A DNA stretch of 32,000 bases from Desulfobulbus propionicus DSM 2032 (GCF_000186885.1 NC_014972.1:360001-392000); one strand, 5' to 3'. Positions 13,730 through 23,827 are shown, counted from the stretch's first letter. Numbers and translations: made by a program. Notes: generated by a model not told the origin, from the sequence alone.

Positions 13730-14683
13730 ATGGTGGCACGTAGCCCAAATGGTTGGTGGGTCCCCTGGCTCGGTCTGTCGTTGCTGGCCGGTCTGCCGTT
13801 CTTTTTTTGGGGCGGGCCTGGGTATTACTCATCCCGGTCGTTCAAGGCGGCCTGGGATCTGGGGCACGTCCTTTTTTTCGCGCTCCTGTCCGTGTGGCTG
13901 CATGCCGTCGTGCGCGCCAAGGTGTCGGCTTGGTCGCCGTTTCGGCTCTTTGTCACGCTGTTTATCGGCGTGTTCCTGGCCGGTGTCACGGCGGAGGGGT
14001 TGCAGATGCGGTGGGTGGGGCGCAGTCCCGATATCGACGATGTCCTGCGCAACCAGTTGGGTTGCTTGACGGCCTTTGCCTTTTTCATCCGCCCGGCATT
14101 GTTGCGTCACACTCCGCAACGCTGGTTCCGTGTGGCGGTATCGCTGGCGCTGTGTGTCACCCTGTGGCCCCTGTCGCGGGCCCTGATCGACGAGAGCCTT
14201 GCCGCCCGGCAATTTCCGGTGCTCGCCGATTTTGAAACCCCCTTTGAGCGGTATCGCTGGAACAATGCCCGCCAACTGCGCAAAGAGACGACAACGGTCC
14301 GGCACGGCAACACCGCCATGCGGGTCCAGTTGTCCACGGCAAAATATTCCGGGGTGGCCTTGTTTTATTTTCCCGGCGACTGGCGTGGATACGCAACCCT
14401 GCATTGCAGCGTCTATAATCCGCAACCAGCGGGGCTGGTGCTCAATTGCCGCATTCATGATACCCACCACAAGGAGCACGGTTCCGAGTTCAGCGACCGT
14501 TTCAATCAGCAGTTCATCCTGCGCCAGGGGTGGAACGATTTGGTTGTCTCCCTGGACAAGGTGAAGAACGCCCCCAGAAGCCGCTCCATGGACATGGGGC
14601 ATATCGAGGGGTTTGGTCTGTTCGTCGTTCAGCAGGACAGCCCGATGGAAGTCTATCTAGACCATGTTTATCTGGGCAGGTAA
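13730..14683 (+). CDS. VanZ-like membrane protein fused to a C-terminal beta-sandwich (CBM11-like) domain
   Basis: The N-terminal 4-5 TM helices carry the VanZ pattern H...E..Q...R..D..DV..N..G (GHVLFF...TAEGLQMRWVGRSPDIDDVLRNQLG). The C-terminal ~170 aa (GNTAMRVQL...GDWRGYATLHCSVYN...GWNDLVVSL...VYLDHVYL) resemble a carbohydrate-binding module. The gene starts 32 nt after cysC. Confidence 0.6.
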   Translation: MVARSPNGWWVPWLGLSLLAGLPFFFWGGPGYYSSRSFKAAWDLGHVLFFALLSVWLHAVVRAKVSAWSPFRLFVTLFIGVFLAGVTAEGLQMRWVGRSPDIDDVLRNQLGCLTAFAFFIRPALLRHTPQRWFRVAVSLALCVTLWPLSRALIDESLAARQFPVLADFETPFERYRWNNARQLRKETTTVRHGNTAMRVQLSTAKYSGVALFYFPGDWRGYATLHCSVYNPQPAGLVLNCRIHDTHHKEHGSEFSDRFNQQFILRQGWNDLVVSLDKVKNAPRSRSMDMGHIEGFGLFVVQQDSPMEVYLDHVYLGR

Positions 14684-14727
14684 GTTGCGGTGAACCGCCT
14701 TGAGCGGCCCGTTTTCGTTTGCCTGGT

Positions 14728-15567
14728 TCACTCGACGTGGGGTTGGCAGCCGGGACAGTGGTAGGTGGCCCTGCCACCTTGAATGGTTTTGAGGATGGCT
14801 TGGCCGCAGCGGGGGCAGGGGGCGTCTTTGCGGCCATACACCGCGAGCTGCAGTTGAAAATATCCGGGATGACCGCTGACGCCGAGAAAATCGGAGATGG
14901 AGGAACCGCCGGCATCAATGGCCAGTTGCAGTATGCGGCGGCTCTCCTGAATGATTCGCCCCCATTCCTTCTCGGTCAGGAGATGTGCTGGTTGCTGCGG
15001 TGCAATCCGGGCGGCGAAGAGAATTTCATTGGCATAGATGTTGCCGATACCGGCAATGAGACGGCTGTTCATCAGCAAAGACTTCACGGCGACCCGCCTG
15101 CCGCGAGCCAGGGCGAGCAGGTTGTCGGCGATGAAAGCTGGTCCGAAGGGTTCGAGGCCCTCCTTGCGGGAAAAATCCGCCTCCAATTGCGCGGCGTGGT
15201 CCGGCGGCCAAACCACGATCGAGCCGAATCGGCGGCTGTCGTTGAAGCGGACATCCAAGCCATTGTCCAGGTGCAACACCAGGTGATCGTGTTTATGGAG
15301 CGTCGTTTGCCCCTGGATCAGGCCGAGCTTGCCGGTCATGCCCAGATGTATCACCAGCACCGCGCCGTTGACCATTCGCAACAGCAGGTATTTGGCGCGT
15401 CGATCGATGGTCCGGATCTGTTGGGCGGCAATGTGTTCCTGTAGGAGCTTGCGGGGGATTGGGCCGCGCAATCGGTGGGCGCTCCACGAGACCCTGACCA
15501 CGGTTCTGCCAGACAAGGGGGCCAGCAAGCCTCTCCGGGTTACCTCCACTTCCGGCAGTTCAGGCAT
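14728..15567 (-). CDS. mutM: Formamidopyrimidine-DNA glycosylase (Fpg/MutM)
   Basis: The start is set at MPELPEVE because the catalytic N-terminal Pro requires it. The product is 279 aa with an H2TH region and the C-terminal zinc finger CPRCGQAILKTIQGGRATYHCPGCQ. The listed 335-aa ORF carries a spurious N-terminal extension. Confidence 0.92.
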   Translation of the reverse strand: MPELPEVEVTRRGLLAPLSGRTVVRVSWSAHRLRGPIPRKLLQEHIAAQQIRTIDRRAKYLLLRMVNGAVLVIHLGMTGKLGLIQGQTTLHKHDHLVLHLDNGLDVRFNDSRRFGSIVVWPPDHAAQLEADFSRKEGLEPFGPAFIADNLLALARGRRVAVKSLLMNSRLIAGIGNIYANEILFAARIAPQQPAHLLTEKEWGRIIQESRRILQLAIDAGGSSISDFLGVSGHPGYFQLQLAVYGRKDAPCPRCGQAILKTIQGGRATYHCPGCQPHVE

Positions 15568-16285
15568 GGTCTGCTCCAATAACCCAGGCCAGCAGGTAGT
15601 TGTCGAATTCGATGATCCGGGCCAACACCACGCCCTCGTCTCGCACCAGGCAACGGGCGGTCCAGAACGTCGCCAGCGGATCGTGGTCAAGGTCAATGAC
15701 CCGGATGGCTCCGAAAAAGGAAGGATGATCGGCAAGACATCCTTTCTTCACCGCCTCCTTGACCGTCCACAGGAGGGCCAGCCGGGTCGGCGGGTCCGGG
15801 ATTGCGCTTGCCAAGGCCCGTTCGTCGGCCGTAGTGATCCGCTCCTGCACCGCGACCAGCCGCGCGGTCTTTTCCTGAATGTCCAGGCCGCAGACCGGAG
15901 CCGTGGTCACCAGGGCGGCGGCGTAGTGTTTGCTGTGCGAGATGGACACGTGGAGGGAATCGCCGAAGGGGAGCGGTGAATCCAGCACGGGGCGGCCATG
16001 CGCATCGGGCAGGAGCGAATAGTCACGGTAAGGCGTTGACGAGTGAGCGGCTGTCAGTCTGCTCAGGCCGTGTTTGGCCGCCAGCCTGCCGCCCAGCCAT
16101 TCCACCCGCCGTTTTGGGTAGGTGAGGCCGGCGAGGAAACGGGCTTCATTGGCCGACAGCCAGGACGTCAGCAGCTCAAGGGGCTCCTCTTGGGCCAATA
16201 ACGGTGCCAGCAGGCGCAGGTCAAGCAGCGAAAGGCAGGTCTTGGCGGGAAGTAGCGGCGCGAACCGGAAGGCCGACACGTCCAT
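15560..16285 (-). CDS. Sfp-type 4'-phosphopantetheinyl transferase
   Basis: Motifs GRPVL...ISHS...GLDIQE...LWTVKEAVKK (W-x-x-KEA-x-x-K) are present. The start is uncertain: ATG at 16285 gives 241 aa, with alternatives at 16342 and 16375. The stop overlaps the mutM ATG by 8 nt. Confidence 0.7.
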   Translation of the reverse strand: MDVSAFRFAPLLPAKTCLSLLDLRLLAPLLAQEEPLELLTSWLSANEARFLAGLTYPKRRVEWLGGRLAAKHGLSRLTAAHSSTPYRDYSLLPDAHGRPVLDSPLPFGDSLHVSISHSKHYAAALVTTAPVCGLDIQEKTARLVAVQERITTADERALASAIPDPPTRLALLWTVKEAVKKGCLADHPSFFGAIRVIDLDHDPLATFWTARCLVRDEGVVLARIIEFDNYLLAWVIGADHA

Positions 16286-16471
16286 GGCGGCCAGGAGCGC
16301 ATGTCCGCCATTCGGGAACGCCCCCGAACCGTTCCTTGCCATGCTTCGAGGATCCGGTATAATCGGGCGGTTCATGCCGATCGGGTCCTGTGTAACGGGT
16401 CGCTGCCGGACCGCGACGCTTTCTTGAACGGCACACGCGATGCCGGTTGCCTTTTCTCCCTTGAAACAGCC

Positions 16472-17044
16472 ATGCCTACCTTCACTGATCTGACCTATTT
16501 TGACCGTGCAATTGCCTTGATTTTTTTGTTCTTCCTGGCGCGGGGCCTGTGGATCGGTTGCGTGCGCCAGTTGGCCGCGTTGTTCGCCCTGATCGGCGGC
16601 TATTTCTGTGCCAGCCAGTATGGGGACAGGATTCTGCCGTTGTCCGCGCCCTTTGTCGACCATCCGAAAGTGATTTTTTTGGCCTGTTTCGCGGTCAGCT
16701 CCCTTGTGGCCGTCGGGGGCTTCACCCTGGTCGGCAAGGTGTTGCGCCGTGTGCGGCGAATCGCCCGGCGTGGTTGGCTGGATCGGTTGACCGGGATGGT
16801 GGTCGGTGGGATCAAGGCGGCGATGGTGACCTCGCTGCTGTACATGCTTCTGACCTCCAGCCTCTCGGCCACCAACGAGCTGCTCCGGACCTCCTTCTCC
16901 TCGCCCTATCTGCGGCAGGGGGCGGAGGTGTTGCGCTCGCGCATCGTTGATTCACGCCTGCGCGACGCTTTCGCCCAGAAGGAACCCGCCATCCTCCCCG
17001 AGCTTCCGCCCGGGAAAGACCAGGAGGAGCCGGTGGAACGGTGA
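16472..17044 (+). CDS. cvpA: CvpA-family membrane protein (colicin V production protein homologue)
   Basis: The start is set at MPTFTDLTYFDRAIALIFLFFLARGLWIGCVRQL. The product has four hydrophobic helices and the typical CvpA N-terminus. The listed ORF start at 16301 overlaps the divergent PPTase gene. Confidence 0.7.
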   Translation: MPTFTDLTYFDRAIALIFLFFLARGLWIGCVRQLAALFALIGGYFCASQYGDRILPLSAPFVDHPKVIFLACFAVSSLVAVGGFTLVGKVLRRVRRIARRGWLDRLTGMVVGGIKAAMVTSLLYMLLTSSLSATNELLRTSFSSPYLRQGAEVLRSRIVDSRLRDAFAQKEPAILPELPPGKDQEEPVER

Positions 17045-17143
17045 CCAGGGTCGCTGCCGCCCTCCAAGCCCGGCTGGTTGAACAGCTTGCTGTATATAGT
17101 GTATTTTCGCCTTTCTTTCAAATGCCCCCTTTGAGGTGAAGCC

Positions 17144-18517
17144 ATGACCACATCGCTGCGTTGTTTCACAGCCTACGACGTTCGCGGCAAGGTTCCCGAG
17201 GAGTTCAATGCCGATATCGCCCTGCGCATTGCCCTGGCCGTTGTCCGGCACTGCGCGGTGGGCACGATGGTTGTCGGTCGTGACATGCGGTTGAGCAGTC
17301 CCGAAATTGCCGAAGCCGTCATGGTCGGCCTGGCAGCCCACGGCATCGACGTGATCGATATCGGCCTCTGTGGCACGGAAGAGGTTTACCACGCGGTCTT
17401 CAGCGGTGCGGACAAGGGCGTCGAGGGCGGGATCATGATCACCGCCAGCCATAACCCGGTGGAATACAACGGCATGAAGATCGTCGAGCGGCAGGCGCGC
17501 CCGGTTTCGCGCGACAACGGCCTGGTCGAGATTGCCCGCATGGCCGGTGACGAGACCTGGTCTCGGCAGATGTGCGCCCATAAACCGGCGCGGCCCGGCC
17601 GTTGCACCAGGATTACCGACAAGCAGGCCTATATCGCCCATCTCCTCAACACGGTCGACTGCGCGATCATGCGGCCGTTGCGTATCGTGGTCAACAGCGG
17701 CAACGGCTGCGCCGGACCAATTGTCGACCTGTTGGCACCGCACTTGCCTTTTGACTTCATTCGTCTGCACCATGAACCCGATGGCCGGTTTCCCAACGGT
17801 GTACCCAATCCGCTTCTGCCCGAGAAACGGGAGGCCACGGCCATGGCGGTACGTGCGCATCGGGCCGATCTGGGCATTGCCTGGGACGGCGATTGTGACC
17901 GCTGCTTTTTCTACGACGAAAACGGCCGGTTCATCGAGGGCTATTATATTGTCGGGTTGCTGGCCACCACCATGCTCCAACACCATCCGGGGGCAACCAT
18001 TCTCCACGACCCCCGACTGGTATGGAACACCCGGGAGATGGTCCTGGCCGCCGGCGGCATCCCGGTCATGACCCGCACGGGCCATGCCTTTATCAAGGCC
18101 GCGATGCGGTCGCTGGATGCGGTCTACGGCGGCGAGATGTCGGCCCATCATTATTTCCGCGCTTTCGGTTACTGCGACTCAGGCATGCTTCCCTGGCTGC
18201 TGCTATGCGGGCTGATGAGCCGTTCCGGGCAGAAGCTGTCGGCGCTCTGCGATGAACGGATGGCCGCCTATCCGGTGAGCGGCGAAATCAATTCCAAGGT
18301 CGATGATCCCGATGCGGTCATCGCCCGGATCGAACAACGCTACGCCGATGGCGTCAGGGATGACACCGACGGTCTCTCCGTCGAATATCCTCGCTTTCGC
18401 TTCAACCTGCGTCGCTCCAACACCGAGCCGGTGCTGCGGCTCAATGTGGAAACCAGGGGCGAGGCAAACCTTTTGCGCCAGAAAACCGAGGAGCTGCTGC
18501 AACTGATCAGGGTGTGA
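17144..18517 (+). CDS. Phosphomannomutase/phosphoglucomutase (alpha-D-phosphohexomutase family)
   Basis: It has the catalytic loop TASHNPVEYNGMK, the Mg site AWDGDCDRCF and the sugar-binding GGEMSAHHYF. The product is 457 aa with SD GAGGTGA upstream. Confidence 0.9.
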   Translation: MTTSLRCFTAYDVRGKVPEEFNADIALRIALAVVRHCAVGTMVVGRDMRLSSPEIAEAVMVGLAAHGIDVIDIGLCGTEEVYHAVFSGADKGVEGGIMITASHNPVEYNGMKIVERQARPVSRDNGLVEIARMAGDETWSRQMCAHKPARPGRCTRITDKQAYIAHLLNTVDCAIMRPLRIVVNSGNGCAGPIVDLLAPHLPFDFIRLHHEPDGRFPNGVPNPLLPEKREATAMAVRAHRADLGIAWDGDCDRCFFYDENGRFIEGYYIVGLLATTMLQHHPGATILHDPRLVWNTREMVLAAGGIPVMTRTGHAFIKAAMRSLDAVYGGEMSAHHYFRAFGYCDSGMLPWLLLCGLMSRSGQKLSALCDERMAAYPVSGEINSKVDDPDAVIARIEQRYADGVRDDTDGLSVEYPRFRFNLRRSNTEPVLRLNVETRGEANLLRQKTEELLQLIRV

Positions 18518-18702
18518 TTCGGTGTGCCGGCAACGGCCGGAGCGTGCCGATCACGTGGCGTTTCAGGCCGTTGTTCCTCCAACAGGCTCCTTGGGAACTG
18601 TCGCAGCGCGGATCGGTTGTTCTCTTCGGGATGCCACGGTGTGCGCGGAGGGGGAGAGGGCAGGACGTTTGAGCGTTTTGCTCCGGATGCCCGGAGCGCT
18701 GT

Positions 18703-19170
18703 TCAGGGGAGGGGATGCCGGGAGCTCTCTTCCGCGTACAGCTTGTGAAAAGCCTCCACATAGTTTTCCAGGATGCCGCGGTCGTTCTCGGAGAGGTGGA
18801 AAAATTCAATGCCGTTGTGATAACGGCCTGCCGAGCCGGTCGTATAGACAACACGTCCCATCACATCAATCAGCCGATCCTTCAGCCCCAAGGTGATCAG
18901 CACCTGCTGGCCCTGCTGCAACGGGAGATGCGTTTCCATCAGAATCCCTCCCTTGCTGACATTCAGTGTTCGGGCCATGGAATACGCGCCCTGCCGTCCT
19001 TGTTCGTCCACGACGAGGTAATCAAGTAAATTTAATGATTCTGGCCGGATGTATTGTCTGCGTTCCGTGGTCATGTCAATCGTGGTGCGTGGTTTGAGGG
19101 ACAGGGAGCCCGCTTGTTCCCGGGAAACCTTGGAAGGGTGTGTGCGGGGTGGCATGTAAAATTGGTACAT
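18703..19170 (-). CDS. Single-domain PilZ protein (c-di-GMP binding)
   Basis: RxxxR (RQYIR) and N-x-S-x-x-G (NVSKGG) motifs are 27 residues apart (nt 18946-19062). The start is uncertain: ATG at 19170, or ATG at 19074 (MTTERRQYIR). Confidence 0.75.
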   Translation of the reverse strand: MYQFYMPPRTHPSKVSREQAGSLSLKPRTTIDMTTERRQYIRPESLNLLDYLVVDEQGRQGAYSMARTLNVSKGGILMETHLPLQQGQQVLITLGLKDRLIDVMGRVVYTTGSAGRYHNGIEFFHLSENDRGILENYVEAFHKLYAEESSRHPLP

Positions 19171-19348
19171 CAAGTCTACAGGTTGCCTTGTGCTTTGTCA
19201 AATCGCGCGGGATGAAAACAAAAGGCACGACAATTTTGTTTGTTTATTTTGTTCGCATGACAAATATGTTGCGTATGTCTGAATGGTTTGTGGCGAATTT
19301 TGTCTTTTTATCTTTTTATTTCATGCAATTAAATCAGAAAAAATAAAA

Positions 19349-19364
19349 TGGCACCTTTTTTGGT
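19349..19364 (+). promoter_or_regulatory. Imperfect sigma-54-like element upstream of amtB
   Basis: TGGCAC-ctttt-TTGGT has a perfect -24 element, but the -12 element reads GG instead of GC. It lies about 230 nt upstream of the amtB ATG, in a 419-bp AT-rich intergenic region. Confidence 0.3.
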
Positions 19365-19592
19365 ATATAAGTGCCGTGGCGCGAACGCAGAAAACGGCGC
19401 GTGGGTTCCGCGCGAGGTGGTCTTGACTGGTGCCGGGACAAAAGGTTGCCGGCCGCATGTCCGGTGTGGCGGAATATGGCGGCGGTGTTTGTCGGTTGAG
19501 CGAGACGGACTGTTAACGAACGATTATTTCTTTGATTTGTGACGATCGATCAAATATAAATAACAAAAATGTAGAATTGTTCGGGAGGGGAG

Positions 19593-20813
19593 ATGATCAA
19601 CGGTGCGGACACTGCGTTTATTTTGGCGGCGGCGGGACTGGTCTTGCTGATGACCCCGGGCCTGGCGCTGTTTTACGCGGGGATGGTGCGGAGTAAAAAT
19701 GTGCTGGGCACCATCATGCAGAGTCTTGTGCTGATCTCGCTCGTCTCCCTGGAATGGGTCTATCTGGGGTATTCGATGTCCTTTGGCCCGGATGTCGGCG
19801 GTGTTATCGGTGATCTGTCCTGGGTGGGCCTCAAGGGTGTGGGGACCGCGCCGAGCGCCGTCTACGCCACCACCATTCCGCATTCGGTGTTCATGATCTA
19901 CCAGTGCATGTTCGCGGTGATCACGCCGGCCCTGATCGCCGGAGCCTTTGCCGAGCGGGTCCGCTTTCCCGCCTTTGTGGCGTTCAGCCTGCTGTGGGCC
20001 GTGCTGGTGTACAACCCCGTGTGTCACTGGATATGGGGCAGTGGCGGTTGGCTGGCGAAACTAGGGGTGCTGGATTTTGCCGGTGGATTGGTGGTCCATG
20101 CGACCTGCGGCGCCGCGGCCCTGGCCTCGGTCCTGGTCATTGGGCCGCGAAGGGGGTACGGGCAAACCAACTTCATGCCTCACAATCTGCCGATGACCAT
20201 GCTTGGCACCGGCCTGCTGTGGTTCGGCTGGTTTGGCTTCAACGGGGGCAGCGCTTTGGCGGCCAACGAGCTGGCGGCAACGGCCTTTGTCGCCACCCAT
20301 CTTGCCGGAATGTCCGGGATGGCCATGTGGACGGTGATGGAGTGGATCAAGCTGGGCAAGCCCACCACCCTGGGGGCAGCCTCCGGCGCCATCGCCGGCT
20401 TGGCCACCATTACCCCGGCGGCGGGTTTTGTTGGTCCCAATGCGGCGATTGTCATCGGCTTGATAGCGGGCGTTGTCTGCTATGGGGCGGTCAACATGAA
20501 GAGCCGGTTCAAGTTCGATGATTCGCTGGACGTGGTCGGCATCCACGGTGTGGGCGGGGTGAGCGGCACCCTTTTGTTGGGCGTGTTTGCCTCCAAGTCG
20601 GTCAATCCGGCGGGGGTCGATGGGTTGCTCGCCGGCAACGGCGCACAGTTGGGGACGCAGCTAATCGGCGTGGGTGTGGTCTGCGCCTATGCCTTTACCG
20701 TCAGCTGGCTGATTCTCAAGGGGGTGCAGGCGGTGATCGGGTTGCGCATCACCGAGGAAGCCGAGCATCAAGGGCTTGACTACACCGAGCATTCGGAAAC
20801 GGCCTACAACTGA
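19593..20813 (+). CDS. amtB: Ammonium transporter (Amt family)
   Basis: The 406-aa polytopic protein carries Amt signatures (DFAGGLVVH, GWFGFNGGS, VHGVGG). SD GGGAGGGGAG lies directly upstream. Confidence 0.93.
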   Translation: MINGADTAFILAAAGLVLLMTPGLALFYAGMVRSKNVLGTIMQSLVLISLVSLEWVYLGYSMSFGPDVGGVIGDLSWVGLKGVGTAPSAVYATTIPHSVFMIYQCMFAVITPALIAGAFAERVRFPAFVAFSLLWAVLVYNPVCHWIWGSGGWLAKLGVLDFAGGLVVHATCGAAALASVLVIGPRRGYGQTNFMPHNLPMTMLGTGLLWFGWFGFNGGSALAANELAATAFVATHLAGMSGMAMWTVMEWIKLGKPTTLGAASGAIAGLATITPAAGFVGPNAAIVIGLIAGVVCYGAVNMKSRFKFDDSLDVVGIHGVGGVSGTLLLGVFASKSVNPAGVDGLLAGNGAQLGTQLIGVGVVCAYAFTVSWLILKGVQAVIGLRITEEAEHQGLDYTEHSETAYN

Positions 20814-20852
20814 TGGCCGGGCCAGGCAACAGGCATCGCGGGGTGAGTCTGA

Positions 20853-21208
<356 letters not shown>

Positions 21209-21209
<1 letters not shown>

Positions 21210-23827
21210 TGGCCGCGACCTTGCGACCGCGCCAGGAGGCACTGGTCGAGGCATGGCGGCAGGGCCTCAGCGGTCAGGAGATCCTGCGCCGTTCGGCAAC
21301 GCTGGTGGACGAGTTCATCATCGACCGTTTTGACAGCGCGCCGGCGGTACAGCAGGTTCGCGGGTCGATCGCCGTTGTCGCCTTGGGAGGCTATGGACGT
21401 CGGGAGTTATCCCCTTGTTCGGATATCGACCTGCTGCTGCTTCACGACCGATGGTCGAAAAAGCACATGCGCGAGGTGGCCGAGGCCCTGCTCTATCCCC
21501 TGTGGGATGAAGGTTTCGAGGTGGGGCACAGTGTGCGCGGGGTCAAGGATGCCATCCGGTTCGCCCTTGATGATTTCCACTTTCAGGTGGCTCTGCTCGA
21601 TGCCCGTTTGCTGGCTGGTTCCAGCGCCCTGTTCGAGGCCTTGCGGGCCCAATACACCAAGCAGGTGTTCGAGGGCCGCCGGGAGGCGTTTATCCGCGCC
21701 ATGGATGCGGCCAAACAGGAACGCTGGCAAAAGTTCGGGAGCCATACCTACCTGCTGGAGCCCCATATCAAGGAAGGCAAGGGCGGTTTGCGCGACATCC
21801 AGGCCATGATGTGGGTGGCCAAGGGCGTGTTTGGCCTGCACGATCTCGATGCCGTTCAGTCCTCGGGAATGCTGGAGGCCGGCAACCGGCGGGCTTTGGA
21901 ACATTCGTGGTCGATGCTGGCCAAGATCAGGAACCGGCTGCATCTGCTCTGCCGCCGCAAGAACGATCAGCTGATCTTTGAGTATCAACAGGAAACCGCC
22001 GAAGCCCTTGATTATCGGGACAAGGACGGCCTGCTCGCGGTCGAGCATTTCATGCGCGATGTCTACAGTCACCTGCAGACCGTGTCGGTGGTGACGGATC
22101 TGTTCTTCGAGCACGTGCATGAGGTCATGGGCTTGACCGGCGGCGCGGCGGTGGAACAGCAACTGGAACGATGCATTGTCGCCCGGGGCGGAACAGTGCG
22201 CTTGACCTCTGTTGAGGAGTTGGCGGAACGGCCGTACCTGTTGATGCGGCTTTTCCTCCAGTCCGGGCGGACCGGCTTGCCCCTGCACCACCGCACCCGG
22301 CAGATCGTGACCGGCCAACTCGATCGGGTCGACGAGTCGTTCCGCCGCTCCAAGCGGGTGGCCCGGGCCTTTCTTGACCTCTTGACCCGGACGGAAACCA
22401 TTTTTCCGGTGCTGGAAACCATGCTGGCCACCGGTCTGCTCACCCGGTATCTGCCAGAATTTGCAGGAGTCGAGTCACTGGCCCAGCATGATCTGTATCA
22501 TCTGTACACCGTGGACCGGCACCAGTTGCAGACCGTGGCCGAGCTTAGCCAGCTGAAAAAGGACCAGGCTGAGCTGTTTGCCGAACTCAAGGAAGAGGAG
22601 GTGCTCTTTCTCGCGGCCCTGCTTCACGATATCGGCAAAGGGAAACAGCGCGACCATTCGCAGGTGGGCGCGGAAATGGTGGCAGGCATCGGCAGCCGCC
22701 TGCGACTGTCGCCTGAGAGCTGCCAGACCTTGGCCTTTCTCATCCGTCACCATCTGTATCTGCCCGAAAACGCGATGCGCCGCGATTTTTCCGACCGAGC
22801 CTTCATCCATCAGGCAGCGGAACTGATCGGTGACAGCGAGCGGCTGACCATGCTCTATCTGCTGACCATCGCCGATTCCAAGGCCACCGGACCTTCGGCC
22901 TGGTCGGATTGGAAAGCAAGCCTGCTCTCGGAGCTGTATTTGACCATCAAGGCCTGTCTTGGTGCCGATTGCCACGTCGATACAATGGACAGGGACGGCG
23001 AAGAACAAGGGGTGAGCTGGCTGCGGGAACAGATCATGGCCCGGCTCGATGGTCAGCCCGCCCGGATCGAGATCGCGCATCTGCCCGCCGACTACCTGCT
23101 GAGCTTCAGTTTGGAGGCGGTGCTGCGGCACCTGACCATCCATGGTGAAAAATCGGCCCGTCTTCGCCAGCAGGTCCTGCTCTTTGCCGAGCCGGGCAGC
23201 CGATCCTGGTCCCTGCTGATCATGGGACCGGATAAGGTGGGGCTGCTGGCCAAATTGTGCGGCGTGCTCGCCCTGCACAACTTGAGCGTGCTGTCGGCGC
23301 AGATTTTTACCTGGCCGGACGGCACGGTGGTCGATACCCTTGAAGTCTCCCCGGCCACCGCCCGCGGCTTTGACGAGGTGGATTGGCCGGCGGTTGAGCG
23401 GGATCTGAACTTGGCGATCAACTACCGTCTCGATGTCGGTTTTCAGCTCAACGAGCGGACTCGGCCGCCGTGGTGGGGCGGGGGACGGCCGGTGCAGCAA
23501 CTGGAGCGGAAGGTGGTCATTGATAATCAGACCTCGCACCAGTACACCATTGTCGAGGTCTATGGAGCTGACAGTCGCAGCACCCTCTACCACCTGACCC
23601 AGACCTTGGCCGATTTTGGGCTGGCCATCCACCGGGCCCGTATCGCCACCGAGGTCGAGCAGCTGATCGATGTGTTTTATGTGCGGACGCAAGCGGGCGA
23701 CAAGCTGACCGATGTCGAGGCCATGGACAAGGTTCGCCTGACCCTGATGCATCTCATCGGCGAGGATGCCGCCAATGAGGCGGTGGCCGCCCAGAAGGAA
23801 ACAGGCAGGACATGCAGTGCCCAGTAG
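21209..23827 (+). CDS. glnD: [Protein-PII] uridylyltransferase / uridylyl-removing enzyme
   Basis: It has the nucleotidyltransferase motif GGYGRRELSPCSDIDLLLL, the HD domain LLHDIGKG and two C-terminal ACT-like domains. The ATG overlaps the glnK TGA (TGATG). Confidence 0.9.

Noticed and set aside
12894-13832. 312-aa minus-strand ORF, and other long ORFs (12291..12863, 13082..13423), overlapping the APS-kinase gene
   Set aside because: They are antisense to a gene with unambiguous motifs. The translations are Arg/Gly/Pro/His-rich low-complexity sequence, typical of open antisense frames in GC-rich DNA. No SD or motif was seen.
14684-14731. Bidirectional terminator between the VanZ-like gene and mutM
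   Set aside because: Only 4-bp local stems (GCGG/CCGC) are present, plus a long-range GTGAACC/GGTTCAC pairing that intrudes into the mutM coding end. This is too weak to call.
15568-15735. N-terminal extensions of listed ORFs: mutM 15568-15735, large protein 9511-9609, PKD protein 6428-6484, cysC 11913-11987, cvpA 16301-16471, ftsH 29155-29214, small protein 30411-30437
   Set aside because: Internal starts give signal peptides or the catalytic N-terminal Pro immediately after Met, and have better SD sequences. The extensions are non-homologous or overlap neighbouring genes.
16952-18151. 399-aa minus-strand ORF
   Set aside because: It is fully antisense to the phosphomannomutase gene, which has TASHNP, DGDCDR and GEMSAHH motifs. 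Its composition is junk-like.
21407-23752. 303-aa and 425-aa minus-strand ORFs (21407..22318, 22475..23752)
   Set aside because: They are antisense to glnD, whose NTase, HD and ACT motifs are clear. This is a GC-rich antisense artefact.
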